NCBI GenBank assembly: GCA_012295275.1
Contig: CM022677.1
Span: forward strand, 18,848,001 to 18,912,000
DNA: 64,000 nt
Origin: Chrysomallon squamiferum
Lineage: Eukaryota; Animalia; Mollusca
Direction: 5' to 3'
A model generated the notes under the pieces. The model was not told where the DNA came from. It did no database searches and saw only the letters and a program-made list of their open reading frames with translations. Below are positions 1 through 13,300 of this stretch, piece after piece. The translations under genes were made by a program, and so were the position numbers. Every line of letters begins with the position of its first letter. The stretch's first letter is position 1.

Positions 1-1044
1 CAGCGTCTGTTAGTTCGGTTGTCTTGGTTACCTGAATTATGCTGGCTCCCTCCGCGGTCGTCATGGTTTCATCATGAGAGATGTCAAGCATCATCGATTC
101 ATCTTCAGGACTGAATAAAGTAGAAGTGTCGTGTTCACTCTGAATCATTCCTGCCGAAGATTCATCATATTTTCTTTCCTCTTCATGTTGTTTGTGCTCT
201 ACCAGTTCACCTGTGTCTTGTTTCTCCTCTGTAAAAATGTGGATACTGGACGAATCTTCGTATTTTGCCAAACTAGAAATGTCTTCTTCATCGTGAATCA
301 TTTCCTCAAAAGTTTCGTCCAATTTGCTCTGCAGATCAAGACTTTCTTCTTCTTCCGTTTTACTGGAATCTTGCAAATCTTTGTGAATAATTTCCTCTTC
401 AGGCGTTTCTGAACTAATTGTTTCTTGTTGAATCGTTTCTCCGGTGGTTTCATCAATTTTATTCTCTCTTTCTTCACGCTGTTCTTTGACTTGCAATTGT
501 GTTTCAAGTTCACTGTACGATTCTGAATCAGCAGTAAGCATTTTATCTTCCTTTGCCTCCTCACTAGACTCAACAAGCTGCAAATCGTCCTTAGTTTCAG
601 ACAGAAACTGACTCAGTTTCTCGAGAACTTTTGCTTCAGAAATATCTTCCGAACTGGAAGACAAAGCAACTTGTCTTTGCTCTGAAACTGAAGCATCAGA
701 AACTGAGGACGAAACGAGAGTCTCTTGTTCTGACGTCACTCTTTGTCCTTCTGGTGCAGCTGCTGCTTCAGAAGCGTCTTCAGAGCTGGATGAGACGATG
801 GCGTCTCTAGGAACAGTCCGGTTTGCTATGATGGTCTCAATCTCGGAAAGGAGATCGTAAATCTCGGACTCAAGCTGTATGCGTTTCTGCAGATGGTCCT
901 GTAGTTCCGCCTCGGGTCTGGTGTCGTTGTCAAGCGACTGGTGTCGTCTCTGTCGCGTCGTCGTACATACGTCTCCCACGCCGTCAGCATCGTCTTTCCG
1001 TTCAGAAATAGGGGCTTCTGTGTCGGCAATCTTGATATCTTCAT
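1..1044 (-). CDS. 5' part of a long coding exon (…D-EDIKIADTEAPISERKDD…), runs off the left edge; acidic low-complexity protein
   Basis: Minus-strand acceptor ccattatcAG|ATGAAGAT (AG at 1046-1045). Aligns with the open reading frame at 34157-35191. Phase 1 matches the donor at 1458. Confidence 0.75.
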
Positions 1045-1458
1045 CTGATAATGGTAATGATGATGATGATAATAATAATAATAACAACAACAACAACAAC
1101 AACAACAAAAACAACAACAATAATAATAGTAATAATGATGATGATAACAGTGATAATAGCCGTTGTTATTAATAACAATATTCAAATTAAAATTCAAAAG
1201 TAATCTTTTGTATATTCAATTACTCTCTCTCTCTCTTATTTCTCATTCGCTCTGCAAATCTATTCCTTTTTCTTTCACACACGCACACACACACACACAC
1301 ATCATTACTTTCTCCCTTACACGCTGACACCAGGCATTTAGACACACAAAAAAAAAAAAACAGGCATAAATCTACACCCAGTGATACTGAACAAAAACAA
1401 AACTCTGGAATAAAAAACAAAAGAAAAAGAAAAAGAAAAAAGTGAATGTTTCTCTCAC
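1045..1458 (-). other. GT-AG intron, 414 bp, phase 1
   Basis: Donor CATG|GTGAGA at 1458 and acceptor AG at 1046-1045. Contains (CA)n, (CT)n and (AAT/AAC/GAT)n tracts. The same sites occur in the second copy. Confidence 0.75.
1055..1160. repeat. Compound trinucleotide microsatellite (GAT)n/(AAT)n/(AAC)n
   Basis: Directly visible; abuts the splice acceptor. Confidence 0.95.
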
Positions 1459-2604
1459 CATGACACACATCAGCACACGCATCGTCCGCGGACTTCTCTT
1501 CACCAGACTCGAGGAAAGAGCCACCATGTTGGATCGACCGTGTGACGTCCTGTGAAACGTCTACGAAAGTGTCAACGGCGTCCTGATGGAAGCCAGGCTC
1601 GTCTGCAGACCGCTCCACGTCTGAGGAAACATTTCCCTCCTCCTCCTCCATGAACTGTCCAGAAGTTCTTGTTTCCTCAGATTCAGCGACCTGTTCTGAT
1701 GGTTCGGCATCTGTCTCATCCTGCTCTGTATCTGATTCAGCTTGTTTTGAATCGTAGTCTCTTGTTTTTGTCTGAACATCTTGTACCTCTGGTTCAGCTC
1801 TTGTTGATTCTTCTGAGACCGCATGCTGTTCGTCTGATTCTTCGACTGTTTCAGGCTGCTGTTTCTCCGATTCAGTTCGAATTGATTCATCGTCTGTTTG
1901 TTCTATCTCTCGTTCAGCATGCGTTGATTCTTCTGATTCGAGGTTCTGCTCCCTTGATTCAACATATATTTCAACACGTTCTATTTCTGATTCATCTTGT
2001 TTTGATTCATCGTCCGTAGTTCTTATCTCTCGGTCACCTTGTATTGATTGTTCTGAATCGACATGCTGTTCGACCGATTCAGCGCCAGTTTCAGCATGCT
2101 CTACCTCTGATTCGTCATATTTTGATTCAACGTCTGTAAATGTCTCTGCTTGTTGTTTTTCTATTTCAACATGTTCAGATTCAACCCACCTTGTTTCAAA
2201 TTCACGTGTCTCTGGTCCAGCTTCTATTAATTCTTCTAACTCTACATCGTGTCCAGCTGGCTCAGCGTCCATCTCAGCTCCTTGTTTCTCTGATTCAGCT
2301 TCTGATGCTTTTTCGTGTCCAGTTTCTGACTCGTCTGTCTCAGTAGATTCTTTGACAGCTTCCTGGACATCGTGAGTTTCTGAGTCAACAAGACTTGAAT
2401 CTTCGCCTTCAGTTTGGGTTTGGTCTGTCGTCTCGTTTATCTCCAAATCTTTAACTTGAGACATCTCTTCTTTCTCATGATCATAGTCTGTGGTTAAGTA
2501 TTCTGTTACTTGTTGTTCTAGTACAGATGATTCATCAGTGATTATGTAGGCTGTCTCTTCCTCTGCGGAGTCAGCTTCTTCGAGGAAAGATAAATCTGGT
2601 TTCA
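1459..2604 (-). CDS. Internal coding exon, 1146 bp (382 codons), acidic (V-KPDLSFLEE…DDACADVCH-D)
   Basis: Acceptor is a long T-run then caccatttcAG|TGAAACCA (AG at 2606-2605); donor CATG|GTGAGA. Length divisible by 3. Lies within ORF 1220..2605. Paralogue at 35762-36913. Confidence 0.85.
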
Positions 2605-2617
2605 CTGAAATGGTGAA

Positions 2618-2651
<34 letters not shown>

Positions 2652-3575
2652 TATAGAAATTTATATCATGGTGTAATGATAATGTAATATAATGTAGTGT
2701 CGTTATAGTATATTGTACAGTAATAAAATGTATTATAAATTTTTAAAAACAGTAATAGGAACTGTAAAACGTATAATGTAATATTGTGTTAAGATATGAT
2801 AATTTGACATACTGTGCAGTGTAATTTAATGTTATGTAAAGTAACACGACGTCACATGTTAGATAATATAATATATTGTAATATTTGTTTTATTTAATGT
2901 AATACATTGTGTATATGATCCAATATAATGTAATACAATAAGAAATAATGCATACGATTTCAATGTTATTTTTCAAAAACGGTGCTATTAATAAGATGTC
3001 ACATGAAAATAAAAAAGTCTCAGTCAATGAGTCAGTGATGAAACATGCTTAATGGATACAGGAAAATTTGATTTATTAAACAACACTGTTATGATTTTAA
3101 CAAAATTATTAAACAGCGCCTGCTCTTGAGTGAAACATAAATCAAGTTGTACAGGATGTAGATTATTATTCAGTATACCCAGTATTCAGTTTGATGACGT
3201 AAATGAGTATTAACAGAATAGAAAAAGGCATAGAATAAATGGTTTTATTATAGCAAAATGATTAGCGAATAACACATTAAAAATTAGTATCATAAGCTAT
3301 CGTTGATGAAAATTAATACTGTGAATGAAAAATGCTGTAATGAAAGCGGAATAACAACAACAACAAAATAATAATAGTAAAGATTACAAATGACACAAAA
3401 CAAAGCAGAAAATGCATGAACAAATAATATATTAATAATGCACAACGGAAAGTAAACAAAAACAAAACAGTATATATAAGAGCAACAGGAAAAAAAGCAG
3501 TAGCTACAGCAGCAGCAAAAACAACAACAACAACAAATAATAATAGTAATAATATAATAATAATAATAATAACAC

Positions 3576-3620
<45 letters not shown>

Positions 3621-4369
3621 TAATAAATACACATGAAAGAAAGATGATTAGATAACTAGATAATTATCGTTACTACTAGTATAAGAATATTAGTTTACTA
3701 TATTACTAATATAGCGATGACTAATTCTATCTGTTAGTAATTCTAATCAACTAGTTAGCCAATGCAACAAAAGGTATTATAAGATGTCTTGATCGACATA
3801 TATTTTCCATTATTTCTTCTAATAAGTCATTATAATAATATTTTAAATACGTTTTATAATGACTGTCTATAATAGATTAATTTACATACATAATATATCT
3901 AATCTACTACTAAGAAATGGTCTACTTGATTGCCATAGACTGTTATCATTTGACTGTTATCTATCTGTGCGAGACCGAAAGTCAGACAATTCGACTAATC
4001 ATATGAAAACAAATATTAATGAATTACGATTTTGTGAGCCAGTGACTAACAAAAGCATGAATCTGAATAAAAACACTTAAAATCTATACTTACAGAATAT
4101 ATAGAATCTAAAGTTGAGACTCAAAGTTCACATATTTAAAGAGTCATACACAAACCAAAATATAAACAAAATGCAACATTAGCTTTCTCTAAATGCTGAA
4201 TGGTTCTTTATAAGACAAAAGCCCAGAAATGATCAAATGTAAGCAATGCGTTCTAGGACTGTCGAGTTTAATGATATCCATGTTACATTATAAAGTGAGA
4301 TGTGTTAGTATTGGTTCTCAGTATGAAATGATAATGGATAATGACTGGCAAATAAGCAAATCTGCTTAC
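2605..4369 (-). other. GT-AG intron, 1765 bp, phase 1
   Basis: Donor TTTG|GTAAGC at 4369 and acceptor tttcAG at 2606-2605. Very AT-rich with (TA)n and (AAT)n. Splicing gives in-frame DDF-V-KPDL. Confidence 0.85.
3520..3625. repeat. (AAC)n/(AAT)n microsatellite
   Basis: Directly visible. Confidence 0.95.
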
Positions 4370-7300
4370 CAAAATCATCACCATCATCATCATGATCATC
4401 CACAGACAAGGCACTATGATCAAGGAGATATTCTGGCAGGTGTTCTTTTCTCTCGACATCTGGGAATATTGTAGGCTGAGTGTCTGTATCTTCTTCAGAC
4501 TTTGTGTCAGCATCTTCAATATTCTGATCCACGTCGTCTGTCTTCTTAACTACGTCTTCTTCTACAATTACGTCTTTGCTGCCATCATCTTCAGGCAGGA
4601 CAGCAGTGTCCAAGCCAACAAATGTTGTTTCTTCGGAAGACGTTCTTGCGGATTCCTCCAAAAGAGATGAATCCCGAGTTTGCTCCAACCGTCTCAGGAT
4701 TTCAGCTCGAATATCTGGAATCTGTGATGGAATTTCTTGTGTAACGAAATGAGGTCTGTCTTCGGAGAATGCTGTTAAAAATTCTTGCATAGTTGCAGCA
4801 TCTTGGCTGGGACCTGGATGTCTCTCAGCATGGATTTCTGATTCTTCTCTTTCTTGTTCTCTATAAGAAGCTAAATGTTCGGGAGATAGTACGGGGACTT
4901 CTTCTGTTGAAGAAGGTTCCAGCTTGTCACCGAGAAGTCTCAGGATTTCGGCACGAATTTCAGGAATCTGTGAAGGAATCGATACTTCTTTTTCAAATCC
5001 AGTCCTTTGTTGTTCTTCGTCTCCCGTGGAGTCAAAATAGTCGACAATCTCCTGGCGGTCTTCAAACCACAGTTTCCTAATGATTGTCTCTGTGTCTTCA
5101 GAAACGTGTTCTTCTGGCTGCGTTAGTGTTTCTACATTGTCTGACGTGTCAGTGAATAACGTGCTACCAGAAATCAAATCCTCTTCACACGAATCCAGCG
5201 AAACGGGAGCTTTCAGCAGCTCAAATTTTTCCTGAATCACAAGTTTCATAAATTCAGCTTCCGTGAGGTTTGTCAGATCTTCTTCTTTTTCTTCGTCTTT
5301 TTCTTCGTCTTTTTCTTCGTCTTTTTCTTGCATTTGTTCTGGTTCTAGAACCTTCTCGATAGTGCTTGACAAATGTTCTTCTTTATCTTCATATCGTTCC
5401 GGTTCCAGATTTGTTTCTGTTGCTGATTCATCTTTGGAGTCATATTCATGTTGCTGATCTTGTTGCAAAACTGTTTCAGTGATATCCAATAGACCTTGCT
5501 CTTTATCCTTTTCTTGCTGATTTTGTCCAGTGATATCCTGTAATCTTTCTAAGTCATCAGTTTCATCAGTTCTTGGTTCATGGGTCTCAGTATCCGATTC
5601 TTTACTATCAGTAGTTTCTTCTTCTTTAGTGTCTTCAGATTTCGTTTCCAGGATTTCGAAACTTTTTAAGCCCGATATTTCGTCAGCTGATGTTTCCTGA
5701 ATTTCAGTGTCTGGTTCGTTATATTCAGATATTTCGTCAGCTGATGTTTCCTGAATTTCAGAATCTGGTTCTTTATATTCAGACATTTCGTCAGTTGATG
5801 TTTCCTGAATTTCAGAATCTGGTTCTTTATATTCAGATATTTCGTCAGCTGATGTTTCCTGAATTTCAGTGTCTGGTTCTTTATATTCAGATATTTCGTC
5901 AGCTGATGTTTCCTGAATTTCAGTCTCTGGTTCTTTATCTACAGATATTTCGTCAGCTGATGTTTCCTGAATTTCAGTGTCTGGTTCGTTATATTCAGAT
6001 ATTTCGTCAGCTGATGTTTCCTGAATTTCAGAATCTGGTTCTTTATATTCAGATATTTCGTCAGTTGATTTTTCCTGAATTTCAGAATCTGGTTCTTTAT
6101 ATTCGGATATTTCGTCAGCTGATGTTTCCTGAATTTCAGTGTCTGGTTCTTTATATTCAGATATTTCGTCAGCTGATGTTTCCTGAATTTCAGTATCTGG
6201 TTCTTTAAATTCAGATATTTCGTCAGCTGATGTTTCCTGAATTTCAGAGTCTGGTTCTTTAAATTCAGATATTTCGTCAGCTGATGTTTCCTGAATTTCA
6301 TAGTCTGGTTCTTTATATTCAGATATTTCGTCAGCTGATGTTTCCTGAATTTCATAGTCTGGTTCTTTATATTCAGATATTTCGTCAGCTGATGTTTCCT
6401 GAATTTCAGTGTCTGGTTCGTTATATTCAGATATTTCGTCAGCTGATGTTTCCTGAATTTCAGTCTCTGGTTCTTTATCTCCAGATATTTCGTCAGCTGA
6501 TGTTTCCTGAATTTCAGTCTCTGGTTCTTTATCTCCAGATATTTCGTCAGCTGATGTTTCCTGAATTTCAGTCTCTGGTTCTTTAAATTCAGATATTTCG
6601 TCAGCTGATGTTTCCTGAATTTCAGCATCTGGTTCTTTATATTCAGATATTTGTTCAACTGATGATTCATGAATTTCAGTGTCGATTTCTTCATACACAG
6701 ATGTTTTCAGCTGCATGATATCGTCAGATCTTACTACCACTGTTTCCAGATCTGCAGAACTTACCAGACCACTCATTTCTTCAGCTGTATCCTCGACTTC
6801 GCATTTATCTGGAGTTTGTTGATCAGTGATCTCATTATCTGTTATTCTTCCTTCTTCAGTGCGAGATACAATGTTTAGTTCTTCTTCAGGCAGGGTCTGG
6901 GAACCATGTTCTGTGGATTCTTCCTCTGCCTCTTCACGAAACGCTTCTTCGGTTTCAAATTCCTGCCCTCTCTCTTCTCTATACGCCTCTTCTGTTTCAA
7001 ATTTTTCAGTTTCAAGATCTTGTCTTACCTCTTCTGTTTCAAATTTTTCAGTTTCAAGATCTTGTCCTGCCTCTTCTGTTTCGAACTGTTCGTCGTATGA
7101 CAATTCAGCAGTCACATCTTTCATCTCTTCTTCCGTTTCTACATCAGATATTTGCTTAGTTTCGTCATCAGGAGAAACCTGAACAGTTGATTCAACGTTC
7201 TCTTCATCATTCACGTCATCAGCTTCTTCTTCAAACTCTGCTACGGACGACGCTTCGTCGTCGGCCTCTTCTTCTTCTTCTTCGGTGTCGTCGACAAAAT

Positions 7301-10300
7301 CTTGTTCTCCTGCAGCTTCAGAAGCCGATTCTGCCTCTGACGAAATGTTGACCGCGTCGCCCACGTCCTTCTCAATCATGGAATTTTCCTTGTCAGTGTC
7401 TCCTTGTTCCGATGACTCATCAGTCGCAGGATGAACGTCACAAACTTTCGCTTCTGACTCTGTTTCTTCGTCGAAGCAGAGCTCCTCGATTTCTTCGTGG
7501 TCGGACATCCCATCATCGATCTGCTCAGTTGGTTCGTCTTCAGAGTCTGCTCTGGACTCCTGGCCTGATTCCTGCAGCTGTGTCCTCTCGGACGTCTCTT
7601 CGTCTGACCATCGGTCAACAGACAGCCAGTCTCCCGGCTCCTTGGCTAAATATTCCTCGTCATCGTGTGTCGTCCAGCTTTCTGAGACAGTTTCGTACGA
7701 CGACGACTCTGGCTGGGAGCCAACGTCGTGGTACTCTTCAGACTCTGTTTCCGACGACAGAGTTCTGTCTAAATCTTGAGTCCTGCTTGGAACTTCACCT
7801 GTGGGTACTTCTGTGGGGGATACGAGAGGTGTATCTTGAGATTTTCTTTGGACATCGCCATCAGTTTCCCGAGAAAGATGAACAGCTTCGATGTCCTCTG
7901 ATAGAATCTGCTGTTCTGATACTTCAGGAGTATCTGTAGAAAGAGCTACAGTTTCTGAAATTATGTCTTCTTCGGATTTTGTTTCATCAACAGGTGTAGT
8001 TGTATCAACAGTTTCTTCTGAAACAGATACAACTGGTTCTTCAGTTTCTGAAATTATTTCTTCTGGTTTTGTTTCTGAAACAGTCGTTGTTGGTTCTTCT
8101 GTTTCTTCTTCCGGTTTTGTTTCATCAACAGGAAGAACTGTATCAACAATTTCTTCTGAAACAGTCGTAAATGGTTCTTCTGTTTCTTCTTCCGGTTTTG
8201 TTTCATCAACAGGAAGAACTGTATCAACAATTTCTTCTGAAACAGTCGTTAATAGTTCTTCTGTTTCTTCTTCGGATTTTGTTTCATCAACAGGAAGAGT
8301 TGTATCAACAGTTTCTTCTGAAACAGTCGTAAAAGGTTCTTCTGTTTCTTCTTCTGGCTTTGATTCATCAACAAGATATGTTGTATCAACAGTTTCTTCT
8401 GAAACAGTTACAACTGGTTCTTCAGTTCCTGAAATTATTTCTTCTTCGGATTTTGATTCATCAACAGGTAGAGTTGTATCAACAGTTTCTTCTGAAACAG
8501 TTACAACTGGTTCTTCAGTTTCTGAAATTATCTCTTCTTCAGCTTTTGTTTCATCAACAGGAAGAGTTGTATCAACAGTTTCTTTTGAAACAGATGTAGA
8601 TGGTTCTTCTGTTTCTGGAGTTATTTCTTCTTCGGATTTTGTTTCATCAACAGGTAGAGTTGTATCAACAGTTTCTTCTGAAACAGTTACAGCTGGTTCT
8701 TCAGTTTCTGAAATTATTTCTTCTTCGGATTTTGTTTCATCAACAGGTGTAGTTGTATCAACAGTTTCTTCTGAAACAGTCATAAATGGTTCTTCTGTTT
8801 CTTCTTCTGGCTTTGATTCACCAACAGGAAGAGTTGTATCAACAGTTTCTTCTGAAACAGTCGTAAAAGGTTCTTCTGTTTCTTCTTCTGGCTTTGATTC
8901 ATCAACAAGATATGTTGTATCAACAGTTTCTTCTGAAACAGTTACAACTGGTTCTTCAGTTCCTGAAATTATTTCTTCTTCGGATTTTGTTTCATCAACA
9001 GGTATAGTTGTATCAACAGTTTCTTCTGAAACAATTACAACTGGTTCTTCAGTTTCCGAAATTATGTCTTCTTCGGATTTTGTTTCATCAACAGCAGAAG
9101 TATCAACAGTTTCTTCTGAAACAGTTACAGCTGGTTCTTCAGTTTCTGAAATTATTTCTTCTTCGGATTTTGTTTCATCAACAGGTGTAGTTGTATCAAC
9201 AGTTTCTTCTGAAACAGATACAACTGGTTCTTCAGTTTCTGAAATTATTTCTTCTGGTTTTGTTTCTGAAACAGTCGTTGTTGGTTCTTCTGTTTCTTCT
9301 TCCGGTTTTGTTTCATCAACAGGAAGAACTGTATCAACAATTTCTTCTGAAACAGTCGTAAATGGTTCTTCTGTTTCTTCTTCCGGTTTTGTTTCATCAA
9401 CAGGAAGAACTGTATCAACAATTTCTTCTGAAACAGTCGTTAATAGTTCTTCTGTTTCTTCTTCGGATTTTGTTTCATCAACAGGAAGAGTTGTATCAAC
9501 AGGTTCTTTTGTAACAATCACAGCTGGTTCTTCTTTTTCTTCATCTGGTTTTGTTTCATCAACAAAAGATGTTGTATCAACAGTTTCTTCTGAAACAGTT
9601 ACAGCTGGTTCTTCAGTTTCTGAAATTATGTTTTCTTCGGATTTTGTTTCATCAACAGGAAAAGTTGTATCAACAATTTCTTCCGAAACAGTCGTAAATG
9701 GTTCTTCTGTTTCTTCTTCAGATTTTGTTTCATCAACAGGTGTAGTTGTATCAACAGTTTCTTCTGAAACAGATACAACTGGTTCTTCAGTTTCTGAAAT
9801 TATTTCTTCTGGTTTTGTTTCTGAAACAGTCGTTGTTGGTTCTTCTGTTTCTTCTTCCGGTTTTGTTTCATCAACAGGAAGAACTGTATCAACAATTTCT
9901 TCTGAAACAGTCGTAAATGGTTCTTCTGTTTCTTCTTCCGGTTTTGTTTCATCAACAGGAAGAACTGTATCAACAATTTCTTCTGAAACAGTCGTAAATG
10001 GTTCTTCTGTTTCTTCTTCCGGTTTTGTTTCATCAACAGGAAGAACTGTATCAACAGTTTCTTCTGAAACAGTCGTAAATGGTTCTTCTGTTTCTTCTTC
10101 CGGTTTTGTTTCATCAACAGGAAGAACTGTATCAACAATTTCTTCTGAAACAGTCGTTAATAGTTCTTCTGTTTCTTCTTCGGATTTTGTTTCATCAACA
10201 GGAAGAGTTGTATCAACAGTTTCTTCTGAAACAGTCGTAAATGGTTCTTCTAATTCTTCTTCGGATTTTGTTTCATCAACAGGAAGAGTTGTATAAACAG

Positions 10301-13300
10301 GTTCTTTTGTAACAATCACAGCTGGTTCTTCTTTTTCTTCATCTGGTTTTGTTTCATCAACAAGAGATGTTGTATCAACAGTTTCTTCTGAAACAGTTAC
10401 AGCTGGTTCTTCAGTTTCTGAAATTATGTTTTCTTCGGATTTTGTTTCATCAACAGGAAAAGTTGTATCAACAATTTCTTCCGAAACAGTCGTAAATGGT
10501 TCTTCTGTTTCTTCTTCAGATTTTGTTTCATCAACAGGAAGAGTTGTATCAACAGTTTCTTCTGAAACAGTTACAGCTGGTTCTTCAGCTTCTGAAATTA
10601 TTTCTTCTTCGGATTTTGTTTGATCAACAGGAAGAGCTGTATCAACAATTTCTTCTGTAACAATCACAGCTGGTTCTTCTTTTTCTTCATCTGGTTTTGT
10701 TACATCAACAAGAGATGTTGTATCAACAGTTTCTTCGGAAACAGTCGTAGTTGGTTCTTCTTCCGGTTTTGTTTCATCAACAGGAAGAGTGGTATCAACA
10801 GTTTCTTTTGAAACAGACGTAGATGGTTCTTCTGTTTCTGGAGTTATTTCTTCTTCGCATTTTGTTTCATCAACAGGTAGAGTTGTATCAACAGTTTCTT
10901 CTGAAACAGTTACAGCTGGTTCTTCAGTTTCTGAAATTATTTCTTCTTCGGATTTTGTTTCATCAACAGGTGTAGTTGTATCAACAGTTTCTTCTGAAAC
11001 AGTCATAAATGGTTCTTCTGTTTCTTCTTCTGGCTTTGATTCATCAACAGGAAGAGTTGTATCAACAGTTTCTTCTGAAACAGTCGTAAATGGTTCTTCT
11101 GTTTCTTCTTCTGGCTTTGATTCATCAACAAGATATGTTGTATCAACAGTTTCTTCTGAAACAGTTACAACTGGTTCTTCAGTTCCTGAAATTATTTCTT
11201 CTTCGGATTTTGTTTCATCAACAGGTATAGTTGTATCAACAGTTTCTTCTGAAACAATTACAACTGGTTCTTCAGTTTCTGAAATTATCTCTTCTTCAGC
11301 TTTTGTTTCATCAACAGGAAGAGTTGTATCAACAGTTTCTTTTGAAACAGATGTAGATGGTTCTTCTGTTTCTGGAGTTATTTCTTCTTCGGATTTTGTT
11401 TCATCAACAGGTATAGTTCTATCAACAGTTTCTTCTGAAACAATTACAACTGGTCCTTCAGTTTCTGAAATTATGTCTTCTTCGGATTTTGTTTCATCAA
11501 CAGCAGAAGTATCAACAGTTTCTTCTGAAACAGATACAACTGGTTCTTCAGTTTCTGAAATTATTTCTTCTGGTTTTGTTTCTGAAACAGTCGTTGTTGG
11601 TTCTTGTGTTTCTTCTTCCGGTTTTGTTTCATCAACAGGAAGAACTGTATCAACAGTTTCTTCCGAAACAGTCGTAAATGGTTCTTCTGTTTCTTCTTCT
11701 GGTTTTCTTTCATCAACAGGAAGAGTTGTATCAACAGGTTCTTCTGTAACAATCACAGCTGGTTCTTCTTTTTCTTCATCTGGTTTTGTTTCATCAACAA
11801 GAGATGTTGTATCAACAGTTTCTTCTGAAACAGTTACAGCTGGTTCTTCAGCTTCTGAAATTATGTTTTCTTCGGATTTTGTTTCATCAACAGGAAAAGT
11901 TGTATCAACAGTTTCTTCTGAAACAGTTACAGCTGGTTCTTCAGCTTCTGAAATTATTTCTTCTTCGGATTTTGTTTCATCAACAGGAAGAGCTGTATCA
12001 ACAATTTCTTCTGTAACAATCACAGCTGGTTCGTCTTTTTCTTCATCTGGTTTTGTTACATCAACAAGAGATGTTGTATCAACAGTTTCTTCGGAAACAG
12101 TCGTAGTTGGTTCTTCTTCCGGTTTTGTTTCATCAACAGGAAGAGTTGTATCAACAGTTTCTTCTGAAACAGTTACAGCTAGTTCTTCAGTTTCTGAAAT
12201 TATGTCTTCTTCAGCTTTTGTTTCATCAACAGGAAGAGTTGTATCAACAGTTTCTTTTGAAACAGACGTAGATGGTTCTTCTGTTTCTGGAGTTATTTCT
12301 TCTTCGGATTTTGTTTCATCAGCAATTTTTTCAAAAGCCGTTATAACTGGTTCTGCTATCTCCGAAATTCTTTCTTCTGCTGTTTTGTCAGTTATTTCAG
12401 CAGGCACAATTACCTCAGTCTCTCCCATTAGCTCAAACGACTCCATATCAGAAGCTACATCGTCTGCTTCTTCTGATTCAACGGTTCTTTCTCGTTCTTG
12501 AGACGTTGCAGCTAATTCCTCTTTCTCTAATTCTGCTTCAGACAGTGAGAGATCAGTTTCTTCTACTGATTTCACAAAAGACTGAATAAAAGCTTTTGTC
12601 AGTTCTTCTTCCTTTTGTACATCAATGTCCTCAGAAACTTCACGTGCTGGTTTTTCAACAGTATCGGAGATTACATCAGTTTCGAAAGGCCGCGAAACCA
12701 AATCGGCTGTTTTTAACTGTTGTGGTAACACAGGACTATCACAAACTGGCTGATCTGTTTCTTTTTTCAGTGAATCACTTTCCGTAAGGTGAGTGATTTC
12801 GTCTTCGTCGGTCGTTTGTTCTTCTTCTTTGCCATGGTCCTGTTCTTGTTTGTGCTGTAAGCCGAAAACTGATTCAAAATGTGGTCCAGAGGATTGCTCT
12901 GTTTGATCAGCCTTGACCACGAAGCAGAAGTCATCTCCCTCTTCCCCATAAACTGTTGTGATGTGTTCTTCTTTCTCTTTTGCCTCATCTTCGTCACTTT
13001 CATGTGTATAGTCTCTGATAGCGTCTTTTTCAGTGTCTAAGATATCTTTCACACCACTTGGTATCAAGCCCTCCGATACTTCTGTTGATGGATATTCGAT
13101 TTCAAATTCACCACTTTCAGTTTTTTCTTGGCTAATTTCTTCTACAGATGCTAGCTCTTTTTCAGCTTCCTTGCACTCGGTGTCTAGAGTATCCTTCATG
13201 GCAGTGGTTCCTAAGGTTTCAGCTACTTCTAGAGATAGACTTTCCATTTCGAATTCTTCCATTTCAGTTTCCACGAGGCTTTCTTCATCAGAATGAGCTT

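Noticed and set aside
826-1197. Poly-Tyr/Cys/His and poly-Asn ORFs (also 34942-35514)
   Set aside because: Microsatellite translations.
1220-1458. Hydrophobic/Cys-rich tail of ORF 1220..2605 (and of 35481..36914)
   Set aside because: Read-through into intronic T-rich and (TG)n repeats past the GTGAGA donor; not conserved between copies.
5670-6680. Regular 54-nt repeats with variable cores, superficially CRISPR-like
   Set aside because: No unique spacers and no cas genes; in-frame coding repeat in a eukaryotic exon.
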